Assembly: GCA_964016885.1 (NCBI GenBank)
Contig: OZ024742.1
Span: forward strand, 11,904,001 to 11,968,000
From: Eledone cirrhosa
Lineage: Eukaryota
Reading direction: 5' to 3'
DNA length: 64,000 bases
Shown here: piece by piece, positions 1 to 12,579 of the stretch
Position numbering within the stretch: position 1 is the first letter of the stretch
Layout of the letters: every line of letters begins with the position of its first letter
Translations under genes and position numbers: made by a program
Notes under the pieces: generated by a model
What the model saw: only the letters and a program-made list of their open reading frames with translations
What the model was told of the DNA's origin: nothing
The model's database searches: none

Positions 1-51
1 TTACAAAACTTGAGTGAACGATTCTGGCAGGAATTAACTGACGATTTATTG

Positions 52-841
52 CAAGGGTTCTCAACCTTTTTTTCGCTGTGGACCACCAAAATAAGCAAAT
101 TTTTCCTGTGGACCACCTAAACTTTTAAATCTTTTGTAATAGAACTGCTACTTATAAGCATCAGTAGATGTTGTTTTTTTTCAATGAATTAGAAAATGCT
201 ATTATCATGTCGCAGTGCCTAAAAATCTACGCAAATAAACAGCTGAAGTCGTACTTATGCGAAGAATAAGAACAGCGCTTTAAGTCAAATGCATGGATCA
301 AAAAAGAATTTGCTATTGCACCAAGCAACGCATAACTTATTCGTTATTAATTTGAATTTTTTCGATTTCACATCTCAGCGACAAATATCAAGCATTGATG
401 TTGAGAATAAGTTTCTACTTCTAATTGGTAAGATCGATTTGATTGGTCAATACCATTTTCACTTTGTAATGAAAGATCCTTTTTTGTTCCTCTAAGGGAC
501 ATATTTTAAGCACCAAGACGACAGAGAACAAACAAATGAGAACACCAATAAGAAAACCAATTTGAAAATGTCTATTTTTTCAATAAAGCTTTATTTGATA
601 GAATCGAGTAGAAAAAGGTTACTGAGTCCTGGAAAACACTCCCTAATCGTCCAATAGGAAAGGCGTGCTCTCAAGTGCACTCCCAGGTGCGAAGTGTGAT
701 GAGGCATGTTTCGTCTGTGTGACGTGTGCGTGTATGGAAGAATTTAAATTTTTCAGGTGGTCCACAGAAAATTTTCTGTGGACCACCTGAATTTTCCTGT
801 GGACCACTAGTGGTCCACATGGACCAGGTTGAGAACCCCGG
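52..841. mobile_element. Non-autonomous hAT (Charlie/Buster-like) DNA transposon
   Basis: TIRs CAAGGGTTCTCAACC (52-66) and GGTTGAGAACCCCGG (827-841). Exact 8-bp TSD ATTTATTG at 44-51 and 842-849 with central TA. Subterminal repeats TGTGGACCAC at both ends. No transposase ORF. Confidence 0.9.
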
Positions 842-1028
842 ATTTATTGAACTGTGGTCCCGATCAGCATTGAATTAGTGCTAGCCAAAAACAACCATAA
901 TAAGTAATAGAATATTGTTGTTTGCTTGAACTATTGTGTAGTAAAATGGATGAGGCAACTAAGATAATATGAAATGGACGGTAAAATTTAGATTAAATGA
1001 AGATAACGAAGAATTTTGCGTAATACCT

Positions 1029-1213
1029 GGTGGATTGAAAGCATCGGTAGAGGGTCGGACACCATGCTTTGACGCATAGAGTTACGGCCGTTGCCATTCT
1101 GAGTTCAAATCCCGCCGAGGTTAACTTTGCCTTTCATCATTAGGGGTCGATAAAATAAAGTACCAGTAATGCACTGGGATAATTGCTGGCCTTGTTCCAA
1201 AAGTAGAAACATT
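1029..1213 (+). mobile_element. tRNA-derived SINE family A
   Basis: Degenerate A-box in this copy (TGGCAGTATCGG in other copies), B-box GAGTTCAAATCC, conserved GCCTTTCATC..GGGGTCGATAAAATAAAGTACCAG body, AGTAGAAACA end. About 15 copies in the window. Confidence 0.88.
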
Positions 1214-1389
1214 TTTTTTTTTTTTTCGTCCTACTATTTGATCCAAAATTGGAGCAAACAGCAGAGTGACAAGAGTGGATCGTTTTTCTCTGGCAATTCC
1301 CCAAACTTTGATTTTTAAATCCCGAAATATTAGGAAAAAACTAATTATAATAAATATCAAGTACCACACAAACGTCTTCGTTACATTCA

Positions 1390-1853
1390 TCTATATATCT
1401 AAAACAGAAAATGTTTGTCTGTCTGTCTGTCTGACTCCTTAAAACTCGAGAACCACCCAACCGATTTTTTTCATTCTTTACACATGTAATACTTATGGTC
1501 CTGTGAGTGTTTTGAGAAAAAAATATTTCGAATTTTCAATGCCCTAGGGACCGCATTAGGCGCCGTTTAACGATCTTTCTATCTTTCTTAGTCTGTCTTT
1601 TTAGATAGATACAAAGCTATAATGTCGCGCCCTTATAATATCTCTATGTATGTTTGGATGTCTGCATTACGACATTGACTTCGCTATCTGTGTGTGTGTA
1701 TGTGTGTGTATATGTATATATAGTGTGTGTATATATATATAGTGTGTAACGTTTTTCGAAATATTTACTTCTGCGTTCATAGATTGATTTTTTTTAGTTT
1801 CAGAAGATCCCGTTGTGAAAGCACCGATTCTTCGCTTATACTTTAATCTGATA

Positions 1854-1889
<36 letters not shown>

Positions 1890-2182
1890 TATATTCGTGT
1901 ACAGATATTTTTGCATACAGAATAACAAAATATAAACAAACGTATTTATTTCACGAGGCTCGACAGCAGCAAAACCAACAACAAAAAAGAGAGGGAACGT
2001 AATTACATGCTTTTGAAAAATCTTAATGGAAAATTATTTGCCTATTCAGCCAAGGCGATTTCACTTTTTATTAGGACTTCTGCATCAATTGGTGAACATA
2101 CGACGAAGCTTTTTCAGAAAGGAGGGATAAACATGCCAATCTATGTTTAGAATCCCTAGCAAACGCCGGGCCATTCTGCTAG
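1390..2182 (+). mobile_element. Non-autonomous Helitron-like element, copy 1
   Basis: Begins A|TCTATATATCTAAAAC followed by (TCTG)n. Ends with GC-rich hairpin CCCTAGC..GCCGGG then CTAG. Related to the adjacent copy. Confidence 0.75.
1748..1860 (+). mobile_element. 3' terminal fragment of the Naiad-like PLE family, nested in Helitron copy 1
   Basis: Matches the reverse complement of ~51530-51645 (..TTAGTTTCAGAAGATCCCG..GAAAGCA..CTTTAATCTG..) and ends in (TA)n. Confidence 0.7.
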
Positions 2183-2903
2183 TCTATATATATAAAACAG
2201 AGAATGTCTGTCGGTCTGTCTGTCTGTCCGTTTCCCTAAAACCCGAGAACCACCCAACCGTTTTTTTCAAATTTTACACATGTAATACTTATGGTCGTGT
2301 GAGTGTTTCGAATTTTCAATGCTCTAACGACGGCATTAGGCGAAAAACCGAATATTTTAGGCTTTAAAGGCTTTTTTGAGGTATAACGGAACAATAACCC
2401 TGGCGATTTCTTCAAAATTTGCATTACTTATATCGTTTAAAGTGTTTTGATCAAAAAAGATTTTCTCATTTTTTGCCCCAGCGACCGCATTAGCCGAAAA
2501 ACCGATTTTTTGAAGCATTTTGGTTGCGTTAGGGCCTGTAACTTGAGAAGTACCTAACCGATTTTTTTTATACTTTGCATATGCATTACCTATGTTTCAC
2601 AAATTTTCTTGACTGAAAAAAATTTCTAATTTTTGCCCGGGGACCACATTGTTTAACATTTGGGTTGTGTTAGTACCTGTAACCTTAAAAGTATCCAACT
2701 AAATACCTTCATGTTTTACACTTGCATTATTCATTTTCCAAGGAGAGACATGTTTACAAAAAATTGCACTTTTTCTTGCCCCATGGCCGCATTAGGCGAA
2801 GATCCGCATTTTTAATACATTTTGGTTGCGTTAGGGCCTGTAGGGGGGATAAACATGCCAGTCTATGTTTAGAATCCCGAGCGACGCCGGACCATTCTGC
2901 TAG
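2183..2903 (+). mobile_element. Non-autonomous Helitron-like element, copy 2 (head-to-tail with copy 1)
   Basis: TCTATATATATAAAAC starts immediately after the CTAG of copy 1. 3' hairpin CCCGAGCGACGCCGGA then CTAG|T. Internal degenerate tandem repeats. Confidence 0.8.
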
Positions 2904-3202
2904 TTTAAACTAAATTTAAAGTTCACTTAACGTTGTCTTAGCTTAAAGCAAATCATTTTCTACATTAATAAGTAGATTGTTTATCAAAGTGTTGATATTA
3001 TACAGTAATAGGGATATATGATTCATATAGAGAATATACTGTGAATATACTGTGAGTGAAGTGAAACCTGTATATGTACGTTAGTGACATAAGAATTCTT
3101 CACCATCACCAACAACAACAACATCACTACTACTATCATCATCATCATCATCATCATCATTGCCACAAGAAGAAGGACAAGAATAGCAACACCAACAAAC
3201 GT

Positions 3203-3609
3203 AATAATTGTTTCTACTCTTTGGCACAAGGCCAGTAATTATCCCAGTGTATTACTGGTACTTTATTATATCGACCCCGTAAGGATAAAAGGCAAAGTTA
3301 ACTTCCGCGGGATTTGAACTCAGACAGTAAAGGGTCATAACTCTATTCTGCAAAGCATGGCGTCCGACCCTCTACCGATACTGCCAATCTATAGCCATGA
3401 TAAAGGCACAAGGCCAGCAATTTTGAGTGGAGGGGAAAGTCGACTAAATCGACCCCAGTGTGTGACTGGTCCTTTATTTTATCGACCACGTAAGGATGGA
3501 AGACAAAGTTAACGTCGGCCGGATTTGAACTCAGACCGTAAAGGCTCGTAACTCTATGCTGGAAAGCATGGCGTCTGAACCTCTACCGATTCTGCCAATC
3601 CACAGCCCT
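3203..3609 (-). mobile_element. Two adjacent SINE family A copies (~3203-3390, ~3405-3609)
   Basis: Reverse-complement matches to the SINE A head, B-box and body. Confidence 0.85.
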
Positions 3610-3994
3610 AATAATAACAAGCAGTGTGTCTACATCAGAAAGAGAGGAGTTGTCACTGATTCTCTATTCAAAATGTTCTTGGTGAAAAGTGAGGAAAATT
3701 CAGTTAAAAATCTATTGTGTGAGAAATGGAGAGTATGAGATGGAAATTAATCTTTTTGAAGCAAGACAGAAAGATAAAAGAAACGGGACATAATTACTGA
3801 GCTGAATTCCAATAAGTAAATGGAAGAAAACCTCATCTCTTACAGTGTTGAATGGAATGTATTAAACTCTATAAATGGATAGAAGCTAAAGAAGTAGGTA
3901 CCAAAACTAAGGTGCAGAGAAATAGATAACTTTTCATGTAGATATATATAACACAGTGTATTCGCAAAATATGTAGGGTATATATATATGTGCA

Positions 3995-4792
3995 TGTATA
4001 TAAAATTAAGTATGTGTGTGTGTGTGTGTATTACCTATAGGGGCCTACATCTTATGACCGATTTTCATGAAACTTTACAAGCTCATACATTAGTCATCGG
4101 GGAGTGTTTTCTATATATCAGCGTATCATTTTATTTATTCCGGGGTCATTCTGCAGATAAAAATCGATAGTGGGGGGGTCACCGTTTTTTAGGTATCGAA
4201 AAATAAGATTTTTGGCTCTAGCTCCCACATTTTGCCACCAATTTCGTTCAAATTTTAAAGCAAGATAGAATTCAACATTGCACATCCTGTAATGCCTTTA
4301 TATTTTGCATTTCTTGTTCAGGAACGGCGTGGCAACCGCTTGTATATTCAAAAATATCACTTTTAGACTCAAATTTCCACTTTTTCGGCTCTAGCTCCCA
4401 CATTAATCAACCTACTTTGTTCAAATTTTACACAACGCTAGATCTGATTATTTCACGTCTTAAAGTGCCTTTATATTTTGGATTTTTTGTTCAGAAACGG
4501 CATGGCAGCCGCTTACATATTCGAAAATACCACCTTTTCGCTCAAATTTCCGCCTTTTTGGCTTTATCTCCCACATATTTGAACCGATTTCGTTCAAATC
4601 TGAAACTCCCTCCCCCAGAATTCCCCTTCGTCAGTCACCCGCGTTTCTCAGTGAAAGAGGTCATCACCACCCTCCCCCACATGGCCTGTGTGTGGCCATA
4701 GATGAGTCATCGAGAAGCAGTCGCTAAGATCAACACCTTTTCATCAAAGTCGATATTATTTTACCTACCCAGGCAACGCTGGGTACTGGTGC

Positions 4793-4797
<5 letters not shown>
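3995..4797 (+). mobile_element. Non-autonomous Helitron-like element, different family
   Basis: TATATAAAA..(TG)n..CCGATTTTCATGAAACTT head. 3' hairpin CCCAGGC-AAC-GCTGGG followed by a degenerate CTAG (CTAC) and (TA)n. Confidence 0.55.
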
Positions 4798-4866
<69 letters not shown>

Positions 4867-4870
<4 letters not shown>

Positions 4871-6552
4871 AGAAAGTTGTAGTTCACTTGAAGGATTGTG
4901 TAATGAGGTATAAACGTTTGTAGTTGTAAGGCCAAGACAATACAGGTATGGATATAGAATATAAATGCAAATGCAAAAGATATTGTTGACAATTAGTCTT
5001 TCACCTTAAATTTATTTAAATATCCTTAATTTTCGAGATAATATCTCTTCTTCGGAGGGAAGTAAAGTGTTTAAACCAGTGTTCTAATTAGCTTGGCAAG
5101 TCATGCTGACAGGATATGGTATAGAGATTTAATTCTATCTCTAATGTCAAAGAGTGAAGGTTATTGGGATAAAGAGTAGTCTCCCTTTAAAAGGGGTTTT
5201 GTACATGTATATTTAAGTGTGTGGGAGAATACGTGAAGGCGTAAGTATGTGTGTGTGTGTGTGTGTGAGAAGATATGTCTATACGTAAATGTGGGGGCTA
5301 GATGCTCTATCATGTTACAACTGGTCTTTGTGTGTGTGTGAGAGAGAATATGTGGAGGTGTAAGCGTGTTTGTGTGTGTGTGTGTGCGTGTGTGTGTATG
5401 CGTGTGCGTGTGTGTGTGAGAGGGGGGTGTAAGTGTGGGGCTAGGTGCTCTATCATGTTATAAATTGGGTGTTGAGTTCTAGTCTATTATTGATGGGTGG
5501 TTGTGTTTTGTCTATAATCAGTGCTTCCTTAATTCTAAGATTGCCGAGGTTTCTTTCCTTAGTTTCTATCCTAACTGTTATGGTTTTGTCGGTGTTTTTG
5601 CATTTCACTAGGTGTTTCTTAAATGAGGAAGCGTTAGTATTGAAGTGTTCTTTTATTCTTATGTGGAGTGGTCTGGTGGTGCTCCCTACGTAGAAAGTGC
5701 TGCATTTGTCACACTCTAATCCCTGCTGGCGTATTTTTTATAGAAGCAGGTGTGGATGTTTCCTTCCTCTGTTACCCTGAGTTGTAAGTCCAGTAGGGAT
5801 AGGGATCCGCGGTCATCGGGGTATTCCATGCTGAACTACATACTGGCGTCCATGCTGGAGAATATCGTGTATATTTTATCCGCCTCCTCACGGGATGATG
5901 TAAGGATGTCATCTACATATCGGGTGAAGAAGGTGTGGGAATGGCAGGTGTTGAGGGCTCGGCATTCTAGCTGGTTCTTATAGTTGATGGCCAGCAGGCC
6001 CGATAGGCTGGATCCCATGGGTAATCCTGTTGTCTGTCTGTATGTGTGGGTGGTGGAAGGTGAAGTACGTGTTGTCTACTGTGAAGGACAAAAGCTGGTG
6101 TATGTTCGTCGGATGGAGGCCGTAGCAGTGGATGTCCTCTGCGACCACGCAGTCCGTCAATAAATCGACAGCTGGATGAGCGGGACTGTAGTGTAGAGGG
6201 AGACCACGTCGAGGCTAAAGGCGTATCTATTTAGTTTAAGTTGTTCTGGCTGGAGTTGGTGTAGTCTACGTATAACTTCGTCGGAGCTACTGACATGCCC
6301 GGGAAAGGTGGAGAGTAGAGGCTTGAGGACCTGGGAGAGGAGCCAGGAGATTTTGTATAGGGGTCCTTCTATGCTAGAGATGATGGGTCTTATTTGTGTC
6401 TTAGTACTATTCTTGTGGGTCTTGATGAGGTGATAGAAAGTGGGCAGTCTGCTATTTCTAGTGGTGTAGTTGAGCTTAACTTTATTTGGGAGTTGTCTTC
6501 TCCTACAGATGTCGAACCAGATGGAGTTGGCCTGTTTTTCGATCTGCGAAGT
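4867..6552 (-). mobile_element. Degraded Penelope-like element (RT and GIY-YIG fragments plus 3' pseudo-LTR)
   Basis: Minus-strand motifs LPTFYHLIKTHK, AFSLDVVSLY, MGSSLS, TRYVDDIL, FYVGSTTRPLHIRIKEHF and EALIIDKTQPPINNR. Frameshifts and an internal deletion. Ends at (TA)n. Confidence 0.85.
5024..5058 (-). ncRNA. Minimal type I hammerhead-like motif (CCGAAGA core) in the pseudo-LTR
   Basis: CCU-CCGAAGA-A-GAGAU-AUU-AUCUC-GAAA-AUUA-AGG. Identical motif at 46994-47028. U4 is replaced by C and stem I is only 3 bp. Confidence 0.5.
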
Positions 6553-6775
6553 AGAGTTTAAATATTCATTTTATTAAGGCTAAACAGTGAGGCTTGTTAC
6601 TCAGGAGTTTCGCCTGCTTCTGAGAGGGGCGTCAGGCGCCTGATGACCCGCGTCATGAACACTTCTACTCATGTAGAAGTCATTTCTTTAATAAAATTAA
6701 CATACCTATACTCTACTAACGTATTGAATGCCTTTTTGGGCAGTGGTCTTATCCCTATTTGATCGGGATCCTACG

Positions 6776-6801
6776 TAGTAGTAGTAGTAGTAGTAGTAAT
6801 T

Positions 6802-6850
<49 letters not shown>

Positions 6851-6868
6851 CAGTAGTAGTAGTAGTAC

Positions 6869-6900
<32 letters not shown>

Positions 6901-7020
6901 GTAGTAGTAGTAGTACCAGCAGCAACACCACAGGCAGCAGTAGTAGTAGTACCATCACCACCACCACCACCAGTAGTAGTAGTAGTAGTAGTAGTAGTAC
7001 CACCTCCCCGCCACCACCAG
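6776..7020. repeat. Compound (AGT)n/(AGC)n/(ACC)n microsatellite
   Basis: Trinucleotide runs seen directly; the poly-S and poly-L ORFs are by-products. Confidence 0.95.
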
Positions 7021-9183
7021 GTTGTTATATAGTTAGGTAGTCACAATCAGATAGGATATATGAGTGTACTTCCGGGAGCAGTGTTCTCCTCTCAGCAGCA
7101 ATTTCTCAAAATAACTAACCCAGTGTGGTTTCCACCAGAATACATTTCCTTTTCGTTTTAATTTAGAAAGGATTCTAGTGGAGAGTGGACAGGATAAGAT
7201 AGGAAGAGAGCAAGTATAATGGCTACAGTGTCAGTTGAATGAATGAATATCGGAAGACACAAGTAAATAAATTTACAATTATAAGATATTGCTAACAACG
7301 AATGAATTTGAAAATTAATAGGGTTTTTCTTTTAACATTCTTCATCGACACAATCAGCCTTTTTCTATATGGGATGTACACTGCCAGTGTTAATTACAAC
7401 GTTAGGCCGGATACATGTTGTAAGCAGACACTAGTTAGTAGTTAGTATGGAGACGAGGAAGAAGAAATAATATATAATTTACTTATATTGGTTTCGGGTG
7501 AAGTTTCAGACAACAAATTTGTAGTTTTCTTGCAATTATTTAAGCTTTGCATTGTTACCATACATTGCCGATGATAATTCAGTAATGTGAGCATATTTAC
7601 TGATGTGCACTCACGCGAAATATACCCAACTCGCTATATACAAATAAGGTTACTGACAAATATATCTTCAACTTTCAACTTGTCATCGTATTATCAGTGA
7701 CCCTCTAAGTTACTTTGGCTAGCTACGTCTCTGTGTAATGTTTCTAACTATACTCCTAAGATGAAGCTATTTCATCTCAACTTCTGTTGTTTTTTTTTTT
7801 GTTAAAATATCTCAGTTCTTTCCGTTTAATATAAATGCGAACGAAAGAAAACAAAACAGAGCAGAAAAACGCCATAACTCATTAACATGTCCCTACGACC
7901 TCAGGAGTTACGGGTCCATACAGATATACATACATACAGATATACATACATATATACATATATACATGGTGGCTGCCAACTCATTTTCGAGTACGGCCAC
8001 TACTTTATATCCATGTAGGAGCACCCCTACCGATGCGCTGAACGAGTGTGACTTTTTAGTCCAGCCAGCGACTTGAAAACTCTGGTACAAACACTACACT
8101 TGTGACAATTATTGTCACATAGTGCTGGGCCCATGGTACCATGTGACGACAAGTGCAGAGAGATCTCCAGATATAAAGCAATGCCTGTGCCGTGAAGCTT
8201 TTATAGTGAGCAAAGGCACTGCACAAAGCCAGTGCCACTCTCTTAACCAAGATGATATTTACCAAAAAGAAGAACAAGTCAACATCATTGGACAGCATCA
8301 GGGTTGCAGGTGTTATATCAGAGTTTTCCTTCTCCTAGAATTCTGCCTTGACAAAGGCTAAGGGGTCATCTCTCCCGGTGATTTTGGATGGCCATTGACT
8401 TTTAAGAGCTCCTTTGACAGGTTTTGTTTTTAGTCCTGCGGTATGTGCAAAGTCACCCTCCTCACCAAGAAACCTTGGTGGGGTTGCCAGTCTAGTCGCC
8501 AACGACCCGACCATGAGACAGGTTGTACTGGGATACATGTTACCAGTAGCACCAACTGGTGACCTGACACATATACATACATACCTATATACATACATAT
8601 ATACATACATATATATATATTCATATCATATATACATACAGGCGCTATGTTGTGGTGAGGGCTATGTCCCCACCACAACATAGCCCCTGTATGTATATAT
8701 GATGTATGTAGGAATATATATATATATATATGTATGTATGTATACATGTATGTATATATGATGTATTATGTATTATATTTATATTTTCTCCCCAATCTAC
8801 CAAAACACTATTTGAATATTCCCTACACTTTATGGACATGTTATATAGAGACAGATGGGAGAGGCAGATATAGATATAGAGAAGGGGAGAGTTTAGTGGT
8901 AATTGATATAGAGAGGGGGAGAGTTTAGTCGTAATTGATATATATTTCTATTTATTTGCCACCAGGGCATCAAAGATTGGGACAAATACAAAGGGGGGCG
9001 TTTACATACATTTAAAAAGACGTGTAAAAAACATATAACAAATTGAATTTAACAATCGATGTCCTCAATAGGGAGGGGCGTTGACATGGGTCGCACATAC
9101 CCCCGAAAAAATGTGCAACCCTCCTCTTCAGGAGCACAAAGAGCGGGTGCTTCCTTCCTCTTCTCATTCTTCTCCTCTCTCAC

Positions 9184-12100
9184 CTACAGGCTGATATAGA
9201 GAGAAGGCCCATTCACTTTGGCCATTCTCGCTACTTTCACCCATCTTTCATAAAACTTGCTGGGGTAGAGCACCTCTCTCTCCATTCTGATCCTTCTTCT
9301 AAAGTGGTACTTGAAAAAAAAGACCGGTTGGTGGCCCGTGAGAAAGGTGTCTGACCTCAGCCCTTTCAACCTTGTCCACCATGCAACTTCTTTTGCCATG
9401 GCTATCACACACTGAAAACCGCTTCTCCTTCGTTTTTGAAAGGGGGGGGGGGGCGGTTTGATCGTGACAATGTTCTCGGTGGTCTCAGTAGTCGTTCTAC
9501 ATAGCCCCACAGGTCAGCAACGCCCGGGCAGTCTACGAATGCGTGAGCGACGGTTTCCTCGTCCTGCACGCATCTTGGACAGACTCCTTCGAGAGGTCCC
9601 TACCCGGGCGCCCGTGTCTGTAGAGCTTGTCCCGAACGGATAGAGCTCCTCGGTAACATTGCCAAGCCAGGGACTTTTGGAAGTTGTCCATCGGTCCCGG
9701 GCCAAACGTCCTACCGAACAGACTGGCCAGCTCGTCTTCCTCCATGCCCAGAGCCTCTCCGAGAGCGTCGTCGCACTTACTGCGCACAAACCCTCTATAG
9801 TTGAGTCTCCACTGATTGCCGGATCCGCTTGCCAGAGGGCCGTGAGCGCCTGGGCACATTCAATGTGCCAGTCACCCACTTTTCTCGGTCTTTACTTGAC
9901 CCAGGATTGCAGCTCGGTGAGTGAGACGAGTCTCGGAAAGGCTCGCCTCACAAACAGGGCCCACACCGGCTGACCGGTGAGGAATACCTGGAGGTGCCGT
10001 AGCCGTAATGCGTGTCTACGCATCGTCAGTCACGGCATTCCCCAGCCCTCCGTTCGAAGGGTGTTGACAGCAGATGGATCTTCTCACCAAACGAGCCCGC
10101 TTCTTCCAAAGAAATCGGAAGAGCGGGCGTCCATTTTGGCGAGTGTTTTCTCTGGGCAAGGCACGACGGTCAAGCGGTAGTAGATGACGGACGCTATATA
10201 AGCGTTCGCCACCTCCGCTCGACCTTTCAGGGATAGTTTGCACTCGGCCCACTTCTGGGCGAGTGCAAACACCTTGCTCGTTACCTCGTCCCAGTTTTTC
10301 TCCACCTGGAGGACCGTCCGAACCAGACCCCGAGCAGCTTCACCGGTCCCTCCGTCCAACGTCCGACGATGCCGCCGGAGGGCATCGTTTTGCCCCTCCA
10401 CGTCCCGAGTTGCAAACCGACGGACTTGTCTCGGTTCAACTTGGCTCCTGTGAACCTTTCATATTCCTCCAGTAAGGTGCCGATCTGGCCGATTTCCGAG
10501 GCGCACGACACCATTACTGACACGTCATCGGCGTAGGCCGACACCGCTTGCGCAATCCCGGTTCCAAGAGGATGCCCTGCAACAGCTCCAGCTTCCGCAG
10601 TAGTGGCTCGAGAGCCAGCACATACAGGATGGAGGAGAGAGGGCATCACTGTCGGACGGATCGCGTGATTTGGAACGGCTCCGAGAGGTAGCCGTTCACC
10701 TTGACCCTCGAACAGGTGTTGCTGCTGTGCATTGCAGCAATCCAACCCCTAAAAACGGGTCCGAAGCCTGCTACCGCGAGCACCACATCCAGGTACCGAT
10801 GGTCAAGCCTATCGAACGCCTTAGATTGATCCAAGTTGATCAGGGCCCCACCAAAGCCGGGTTCGTTCCCTACCCTCTCTACGATGTATCGCATGAGGTG
10901 GAGGTTGTCGTGTATGAACCTGGACGGGATTGAGCATGTCTGCGCTTCTCCCACCAGGTTCCCGACGACAAGCGCCAACCTCTTCGCTAATAACCTTGGC
11001 CAACATCTTTAACTCTGTGTTTAGCAGAGTTATGGGCCTGAAGTTATCTATGTCACCCCCCTTGTTCTCATCCTTCCTCACCAGCGTGACTACGCCCTTG
11101 ATAACAGAACTGGGAATTCTCCCGTTCTGTTGCCAGTTGCAGTAGACCGCTTCGAGGTGACCGGAGAACAAGCCCGGCATCGCTACATAAAGTTCGTATG
11201 GTAGACCATCGAGACCCGGAGATTTACGTTTGCCGCATTGGCTCAGCGCTTCCCCTATTTCAGCGGCTGAAATCGGCCTATCGGAGGACTTCGCCTCCCC
11301 GTCCGAGAGCCGCGCCAGACCGTCGAGGTATGGACCGAAATCCATGCCCCCCCCCCCCCTCCCGAACAGTCGTGCAAAGCGCCGTTGAAAGGCCGCGCTC
11401 ATCCGCTCAGGTTCAAGGATTACGCGTCCATGCTGGTCCTTCAAAGACCGAATCGTGGACTTGTTTCCACTGTTTGCCTCTGTCACTCGGGCCCAGCTAA
11501 CAGCTTTGGCTCCCTCGTTACCCAGAGCACGTATTTTACCCCTGACAACGCAGCCCTCGTGCTTCGCATCAAAGAACTGGTCTAGGGCCGTTCTTGACGC
11601 CAGCACGCCGGCCACGTTGCCACTCCTAATCGCCTCTTCTACTCTATTTGTTAATTCACTTTCAGTTCTATTCCTATCTGATGCTAATTCCCGACTAAAA
11701 CCTATCGATTCTATTCTAATTTCTCTCTTCAGAGAGCCCCACCACCTGTTGTTGACAATTTCCCCCGTCAAACGCTGCTTAACTAGTGTGCTAATCCGCT
11801 TACTATAAGCTTTGTTTGTCGGTAAAGACAAGTTTAGCTTCCAGTAAACGGGGCCCTGTCTATGAGTTCTATCAAGGTTGACCACTCCGGTCACCAACTT
11901 GTGATCCGAATAGATAACTATGAACATTCGTGGACAGCTTAATATGTCCCTATCCTTATTTCTAACTAGGAACCTATCTAGGTACGACCTAGATGTTCCG
12001 CTGCGATTACTCCACGTCCACCGTGGCACAGTCGGAAAATCTAGTCGATATCTATCGGCCAGATCAAATTGGCCGATTAATCGTTTGAGGCTGTTACATC

Positions 12101-12579
12101 CCCTCTATCGGGACATGCCTCTACATAGTCCCAACGTGCATCCAGGATACCATTTCAGTCCTCCACTAAAAGCAAGGAGCGAGACGTTCCCAGGAAATTC
12201 TCCAGGCGTCGGAAGAAGTCCGGTCGCGGTGTCCCAGATGTGGCATATGCTGCCACCAGCCTGAAAGCTCCACCTTCACCACTGCCGACGTCTAAAACGA
12301 CCAGTCGACCCTCCGGGTCCAGGTGTACCTTCTGTGTGGCAAGACCCAGGTATTTTCGCAGCAGAACGACAACCCCACCCCCACCCCTCGGCTGACAGAG
12401 AGATGCGTAGATCTCAAAGTCGTCGAAGATGGGGACAGTTGGCGCTCGCTGCTGATCCTGGACCCGCAAATAACCATTACATCCACTCTGTGCAACCTGA
12501 GATCATTTAAGAATTTGCCCTGTTTCCAGGACATCGCCAGGCCGCGTGCATTCACACATCCAACTCTTATATTGGCCAT
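9184..12579 (-). pseudogene. Tx1/L1 ORF2 (APE endonuclease, reverse transcriptase, zf-RVT), many frameshifts
   Basis: MANIRVGCVNARGL, SRSYLDRFLV, YSDHKLV, KSPGLDGLPYE, NFRPITLLNTELK, LDQSKAFDR, RSVRQ, AYADDVSV, spread over successive frames. Confidence 0.93.

Noticed and set aside
7905-8560. Possible RTE 5' UTR or endonuclease remnant
   Set aside because: It resembles LINE-derived sequence, but I could not read a diagnostic protein motif.
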